A program made the position numbers and the translations under genes. A model generated the notes under the pieces. It was given only the letters and a program-made list of their open reading frames with translations, was not told the DNA's origin and made no database searches. Shown here in pieces: positions 28,027 to 32,497 of a stretch of DNA of 32,497 nt (the first letter of the stretch is position 1; each line of letters starts with the position of its first letter). Where the stretch lies: the sequence record ON470601. One strand, 5' to 3'. The DNA comes from Escherichia phage vB_EcoM-569R9.

Positions 28027-30466
28027 CAATGTAAAATTACAGGTATTGCTCAGGGCTGTTGACCAGGCATCCCGCCCGTTTAAATCCATCCGTACAGCGA
28101 GCAAATCGCTGTCGGGGGATATCCGGGAAACACAAAAATCACTGCGCGAGCTGAACGGTCAGGCATCCCGTATTGAGGGATTTCGCAAGACCAGCGCACA
28201 GCTTGCCGTGACTGGTCATGCACTTGAAAAGGCTCGGCAGGAAGCCGAAGCCCTTGCCACACAGTTTAAAAACACCGAACGTCCGACCCGTGCTCAGGCG
28301 AAAGTGCTGGAATCCGCAAAGCGTGCGGCGGAGGACTTACAGGCGAAATATAACCGCCTGACGGATTCCGTTAAACGCCAGCAGCGGGAACTGGCCGCTG
28401 TGGGAATTAATACCCGCAATCTTGCACATGATGAGCAGGGACTGAAAAACCGTATCAGTGAAACCACCGCACAACTTAACCGTCAGCGCGACGCGCTGGC
28501 GCGTGTCAGTGCGCAACAGGCAAAACTTAACGCAGTAAAACAGCGTTATCAGGCCGGAAAGGAACTGGCCGGAAATATGGCCTCAGTAGGCGCTGCCGGT
28601 GTGGGGATTGCGGCGGCGGGAACGATGGCCGGAGTTAAGTTGCTGATGCCCGGTTATGAGTTTGCGCAGAAAAACTCAGAATTGCAGGCTGTGCTCGGTG
28701 TGGCAAAAGACTCCGCCGAAATGGCTGCACTACGCAAGCAGGCGCGCCAGCTCGGCGACAACACCGCCGCCTCAGCGGATGATGCAGCCGGTGCGCAGAT
28801 TATCATTGCGAAAGCCGGTGGAGATGCTGCGGCTATTCAGGCGGCAACGCCGGTCACGCTGAATATGGCACTGGCGAATCAGCGGTCGATGGAAGAAAAC
28901 GCGCAACTGTTGCTGGGGACTAAGGCATCCTTTCAACTGTCAAATGATGATGTCAGCCATGTGGGCGACGTGTTGTCGGCAACGATGAATAAGTCGGCGG
29001 CTGATTTTCAGGGACTCAGTGATGCACTGACTTACCTCGGTCCGGTTGCTAGGACGGCAGGTGTAAGTCTTGAACAGGCAGCGGCCATGACAGGTGTGCT
29101 GCATGACAATAACATCAGGGGGTCAATGGCGGGGACGGGGAGCAGTGCCGTTGTCACCCGATTACAGGCACCGACTGGAAAAGCATGGGATGCACTCAAA
29201 GAGCTTGGCGTTAAAACCTCGGACAAAAAGGGAAATATGCGTCCGTTGTTCACCATTCTGAAAGAGATTCAGGCCAGCTTTGATAAACACAAGCTGGGAA
29301 CGTCTCAGAAGGGGGAATACCTTAAAACCATTTTTGGTGAGGAAGCCCTGAAATCAGCGAACGTTTTACTGGCAGCGGCAGCAAGCGGAAAACTGGATAA
29401 GCTGACCGCCACGCTGAAAGCCTCGGACGGTAAAACGGAAGAGCTGGTTAAAATCATGCAGGATAACCTCGGCGGTGACTTTAAGGAGTTTCAGTCTGCT
29501 TATGAGGCGGTGGGGACTGACCTGTTTGACCAGCAGGAAGGCGCACTGCGTAAGCTCACTCAGACGGCCACAAAGTATGTGTTAAAACTCGACGGCTGGA
29601 TCCAGAAAAACAAATCACTGGCGTCAACCATCGGCCTCATTGTCGGTGGCGCGCTGGCGCTGATTGGCATCATCGGTGCAATTGGTCTTGTAGCCTGGCC
29701 GGTTATCACCGGCATCAATGCCATCATCGCGGCAGCAGGCGCAATGGGGGCAATCTTCACGACGGTTGGCAGTGCTGTTATGACCGCCATCGGGGCTATT
29801 AGCTGGCCGGTTGTGGCTGTGGTGGCTGCCATTGTCGCCGGGGCGTTGCTTATCCGTAAATACTGGGAGCCTGTCAGCGCATTCTTTGGTGGTGTGGTTG
29901 AAGGGCTGAAAGCAGCATTTGCGCCGGTGGGGGAGCTGTTCTCGCCACTGAAACCGGTGTTTGACTGGCTGGGCGAAAAGTTACAGGCCGCGTGGCAGTG
30001 GTTTAAAAACCTGATTGCCCCGGTCAAAGCCACTCAGGACACCCTGAACCGTTGCCGTGATACTGGCGTCATGTTCGGGCAGGCACTGGCTGACACGCTG
30101 ATACTGCCGCTTAATGCGTTCAACAAACTGCGCAGCGGTATTGACTGGGTACTGGAAAAACTCGGCGTCATCAACAAAGAGTCTGACGCACTTGACCAGA
30201 CTGCCGCCAGAACTCATGCCGCCACGTATGGCACAGGTGGTTATATTCCGGCGAGCAGCTCTTATGCAGGCTATCAGGCTTACCAGCCGGTCACGGCACC
30301 GGCTGGTCGCTCTTATGTGGACCAGAGTAAAAACGAATATCACATCAACCTGACGGGCGGTACTGCGCCGGGGACACAGCTTGACCGCCAGTTACAGGAT
30401 GCGCTCGAAAAATACGAGCGGGATAAACGTGCGCGCGCCCGTGCCAGCATGATGCATGACGGTTAA
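28019..30466 (+). CDS. T: Tail tape measure protein T
   Basis: 815-aa ORF, coiled-coil rich with glycine/alanine-rich hydrophobic segment; canonical position. Confidence 0.9.
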   Translation: MSNNVKLQVLLRAVDQASRPFKSIRTASKSLSGDIRETQKSLRELNGQASRIEGFRKTSAQLAVTGHALEKARQEAEALATQFKNTERPTRAQAKVLESAKRAAEDLQAKYNRLTDSVKRQQRELAAVGINTRNLAHDEQGLKNRISETTAQLNRQRDALARVSAQQAKLNAVKQRYQAGKELAGNMASVGAAGVGIAAAGTMAGVKLLMPGYEFAQKNSELQAVLGVAKDSAEMAALRKQARQLGDNTAASADDAAGAQIIIAKAGGDAAAIQAATPVTLNMALANQRSMEENAQLLLGTKASFQLSNDDVSHVGDVLSATMNKSAADFQGLSDALTYLGPVARTAGVSLEQAAAMTGVLHDNNIRGSMAGTGSSAVVTRLQAPTGKAWDALKELGVKTSDKKGNMRPLFTILKEIQASFDKHKLGTSQKGEYLKTIFGEEALKSANVLLAAAASGKLDKLTATLKASDGKTEELVKIMQDNLGGDFKEFQSAYEAVGTDLFDQQEGALRKLTQTATKYVLKLDGWIQKNKSLASTIGLIVGGALALIGIIGAIGLVAWPVITGINAIIAAAGAMGAIFTTVGSAVMTAIGAISWPVVAVVAAIVAGALLIRKYWEPVSAFFGGVVEGLKAAFAPVGELFSPLKPVFDWLGEKLQAAWQWFKNLIAPVKATQDTLNRCRDTGVMFGQALADTLILPLNAFNKLRSGIDWVLEKLGVINKESDALDQTAARTHAATYGTGGYIPASSSYAGYQAYQPVTAPAGRSYVDQSKNEYHINLTGGTAPGTQLDRQLQDALEKYERDKRARARASMMHDG

Positions 30467-30480
30467 GGAGGTAACGAAAA

Positions 30481-30960
30481 ATGATGCTCGCGTTAGGTAT
30501 GTTTGTTTTTATGCGCCAGACGCTGCCACACCAGACCATGCAGCGTGAATCAGATTATCGCTGGCCGTCAAATTCCCGTATCGGCAAACGGGATGCCTTT
30601 CAGTTTCTCGGTGCGGGTGAGGAAAACATCACGCTTGCCGGTGTGCTTTATCCTGAACTGACCGGCGGAAAGCTGACGATGACCACGCTCAGACTGATGG
30701 CAGAGGAAGGCCGGGCGTGGCCGTTGCTGGATGGCACCGGCATGATTTACGGCATGTATGTCATCAGCAAGGTGAGTGAAACAGGGAGTATTTTCTTTGC
30801 AGACGGCACACCCCGGAAAATTGATTTTACGCTGTCACTCACCCGCGTTGATGAATCACTGGCCGCGCTTTATGGCGATATCGGTAAACAGGCGGAATCG
30901 CTCATCGGTAAGGCTGGCAGTATGGCGACTAAATTCACGGGTATGACGGGGGCGGGATAA
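30481..30960 (+). CDS. U: Tail protein U
   Basis: 159-aa ORF; position and size match P2 U. Confidence 0.85.
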   Translation: MMLALGMFVFMRQTLPHQTMQRESDYRWPSNSRIGKRDAFQFLGAGEENITLAGVLYPELTGGKLTMTTLRLMAEEGRAWPLLDGTGMIYGMYVISKVSETGSIFFADGTPRKIDFTLSLTRVDESLAALYGDIGKQAESLIGKAGSMATKFTGMTGAG

Positions 30961-32085
30961 TGCTGGATGCGCTGACATTTGATGCAGGCAGTACGCTGAC
31001 GCCGGATTACATGCTGATGCTCGACAGCAGGGATATTACCGGCAATATCAGCGACCGTCTGATGAGTATGACCCTGACGGATAACCGGGGCTTTGAGGCT
31101 GACCAGCTTGATATTGAACTGAACGATGCCGACGGGCAGGTCGGGCTGCCGGTTCGTGGCGCTGTCCTGACGGTTTATATCGGCTGGAAAGGTTTTGCCC
31201 TGGTATGCAAAGGGAAATTTACCATTGATGAGGTTGAACACCGGGGAGCGCCGGATGTGGTCACCATCCGCGCCCGGAGTGCGGATTTTCGCGGGACGCT
31301 CAATTCCCGCCGTGAAGGCTCCTGGCATGACACCACGCTTGGTGNNNNNNNNNNCCTCCCGTAACAGGCTGGAAGCCAGTGTCGCTCCGTCACTGGCAGG
31401 AATTAAAATCCCGCACATCGACCAGTCGCAGGAGTCTGATGCGAAATTTCTGACCCGTCTTGCAGAACGCAACGGCGGTGAGGTGTCGGTAAAAATGGGA
31501 AAACTGCTGTTTCTCAAAGCGGGGCAGGGGGNNNNNNNNNNCCGCAGCGACGGCGACCGTCATCATTTTGCGATTGCTGACCGTGGAGCCTACACAGGCG
31601 TAACGGCAAAGTGGTTACACACCAAAGACCCGAAGCCGCAAAAGCAGAAGGTAAAACTGAAACGCAAAAAGAAAGAGAAACACCTGCGCGCACTGGAGCA
31701 CCCGAAAGCGAAACCGGTCACGCAGAAGAAAGCGCCAAAAGTACCGGAAGCGCGCGAAGGTGAATACATGGCCGGTGAGGCTGACAATGTTTTTGCCCTG
31801 ACCACGGTATATGCCACGAAAGCGCAGGCCATGCGCGCCGCTCAGGCGAAGTGGGATAAACTGCAACGGGGCGTTGCGGAGTTCTCCATCAGCCTGGCTA
31901 CCGGTCGGGCAGATATTTACACGGAAACACCGGTCAAAGTGTCAGGCTTTAAGCGCGTCATAGACGAGCAGGACTGGACAATCACTAAGGTGACACATTT
32001 TCTGAATAATAGCGGCTTCACGACGTCCTTGGAGCTTGAGGTCAGGCTTTCTGATGTGGAGTACGAAACAGAAGATGATGAGTGA
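30960..32085 (+). CDS. D: Tail protein D (late control gene D family; interrupted by two 10-nt N-runs at 31345-31354 and 31532-31541)
   Basis: Three ORF segments spanning the gaps; canonical position before ogr. Confidence 0.85.
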
Positions 32086-32166
32086 TGTTTTTATTTTATC
32101 TGTTTGTTTTATAAGGATAAATTAACTAAAATGGCACCGTCAACAAAACCGGAAGAGGTGCTCGCG

Positions 32167-32385
32167 ATGTTTCATTGTCCTTTATGCCAGCATGCCGCAC
32201 ATGCGCGTACAAGTCGCTATATCACTGACACGACAAAAGAGCGTTATCACCAGTGCCAGAACGTGAATTGCAGCGCCACGTTCATCACTTATGAGTCGGT
32301 ACAGCGATACATCGTGAAGCCGGGAGAAGTCCACGCCGTAAGGCCGCACCCGTTGCCGTCAGGGCAGCAAATTATGTGGATGTAA
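32167..32385 (+). CDS. ogr: Ogr, zinc-finger late-gene transcriptional activator
   Basis: 72-aa product MFHCPLCQHAAHARTSRYITDTTKERYHQCQNVNCSATFITYESVQRYIVKPGEVHAVRPHPLPSGQQIMWM, essentially identical to P2 Ogr as I recall it; the longer upstream ORF start at 32104 is unlikely. Confidence 0.95.
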   Translation: MFHCPLCQHAAHARTSRYITDTTKERYHQCQNVNCSATFITYESVQRYIVKPGEVHAVRPHPLPSGQQIMWM

Positions 32386-32395
32386 TCACAAAAAT

Positions 32396-32421
32396 AGCCC
32401 CTCAGTTGAGGGGCTTTATTT
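32396..32421 (+). terminator. Rho-independent terminator of ogr
   Basis: Hairpin GCCCCTC-agtt-GAGGGGC followed by TTTATTTA. Confidence 0.75.
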
Positions 32422-32429
32422 ATGGTCGA

Positions 32430-32448
32430 TGTGGACGCTATGTGGACA
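32430..32448 (+). promoter_or_regulatory. Two direct TGTGGAC(G/A) repeats (Int arm-type binding sites) on the attR side
   Basis: TGTGGACGctaTGTGGACA with the same 11-bp periodicity and orientation as the pair at 1503-1521. Confidence 0.6.
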
Positions 32449-32497
32449 GCGTTTGATATAAATCCATTCATATCATCAGGTTAGGTGCTTTTTTGTG

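Larger units (their letters stand above)
1470..32497. mobile_element. P2-family (Peduovirus-like) prophage, about 31 kb, integrated immediately downstream of cpxP; right end reaches the window edge
   Basis: Complete syntenic P2 gene order int-C-cox-B-A-[cargo]-cos-Q-P-O-N-M-L-X-Y-K-lysA-lysB-lysC-R-S-V-W-J-I-H-G-[cargo]-FI-FII-E-T-U-D-ogr; P2-type cos; Int arm repeats at both ends. Confidence 0.93.

Noticed and set aside
32104-32166. Longer 93-aa form of Ogr starting at 32104
   Set aside because: The canonical 72-aa Ogr begins at MFHCPLCQ (32167); the upstream extension is AT-rich leader sequence
1-32497. CRISPR arrays, tRNA or rRNA genes, insertion sequences
   Set aside because: No regularly spaced direct repeats, no tRNA-like cloverleaf candidates and no transposase-like ORFs were seen anywhere in the window

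Overview
The window opens with the host cpxR/cpxP locus (Escherichia-type envelope stress regulon). From about nt 1500 to the window end it is a near-complete P2-family prophage in canonical prophage order: int–C–cox–B–A, a cargo hotspot, cos, Q–P, the late operons O–N–M–L–X–Y–K–lysA–lysB–lysC–R–S–V–W–J–I–H–G, a second cargo hotspot, FI–FII–E/E'–T–U–D–ogr, and the attR-side Int arm repeats. The backbone is recognised by recalled similarity to P2 proteins (Ogr, O, N, L, X, Q, P and the 19-nt cos end), not by a database search. The two most interesting regions are AT-rich cargo islands at the two classic P2 variable loci: (i) nt 7317–9300 (the tin/old position between A and cos), carrying one ~610-aa orphan ORF with a C-terminal HEPN-like R-x4-H-G motif; and (ii) nt 24582–25560 (the Z/fun position between G and FI), carrying a structured non-coding leader and a ~180-aa orphan ORF. 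Both are candidate, apparently uncharacterised phage-defence or superinfection-exclusion modules. The tail fibre H is mosaic with an internally triplicated ~50-aa repeat. Seven N-runs are assembly or masking gaps that interrupt Q, N, M, K, D and the second hotspot ORF.
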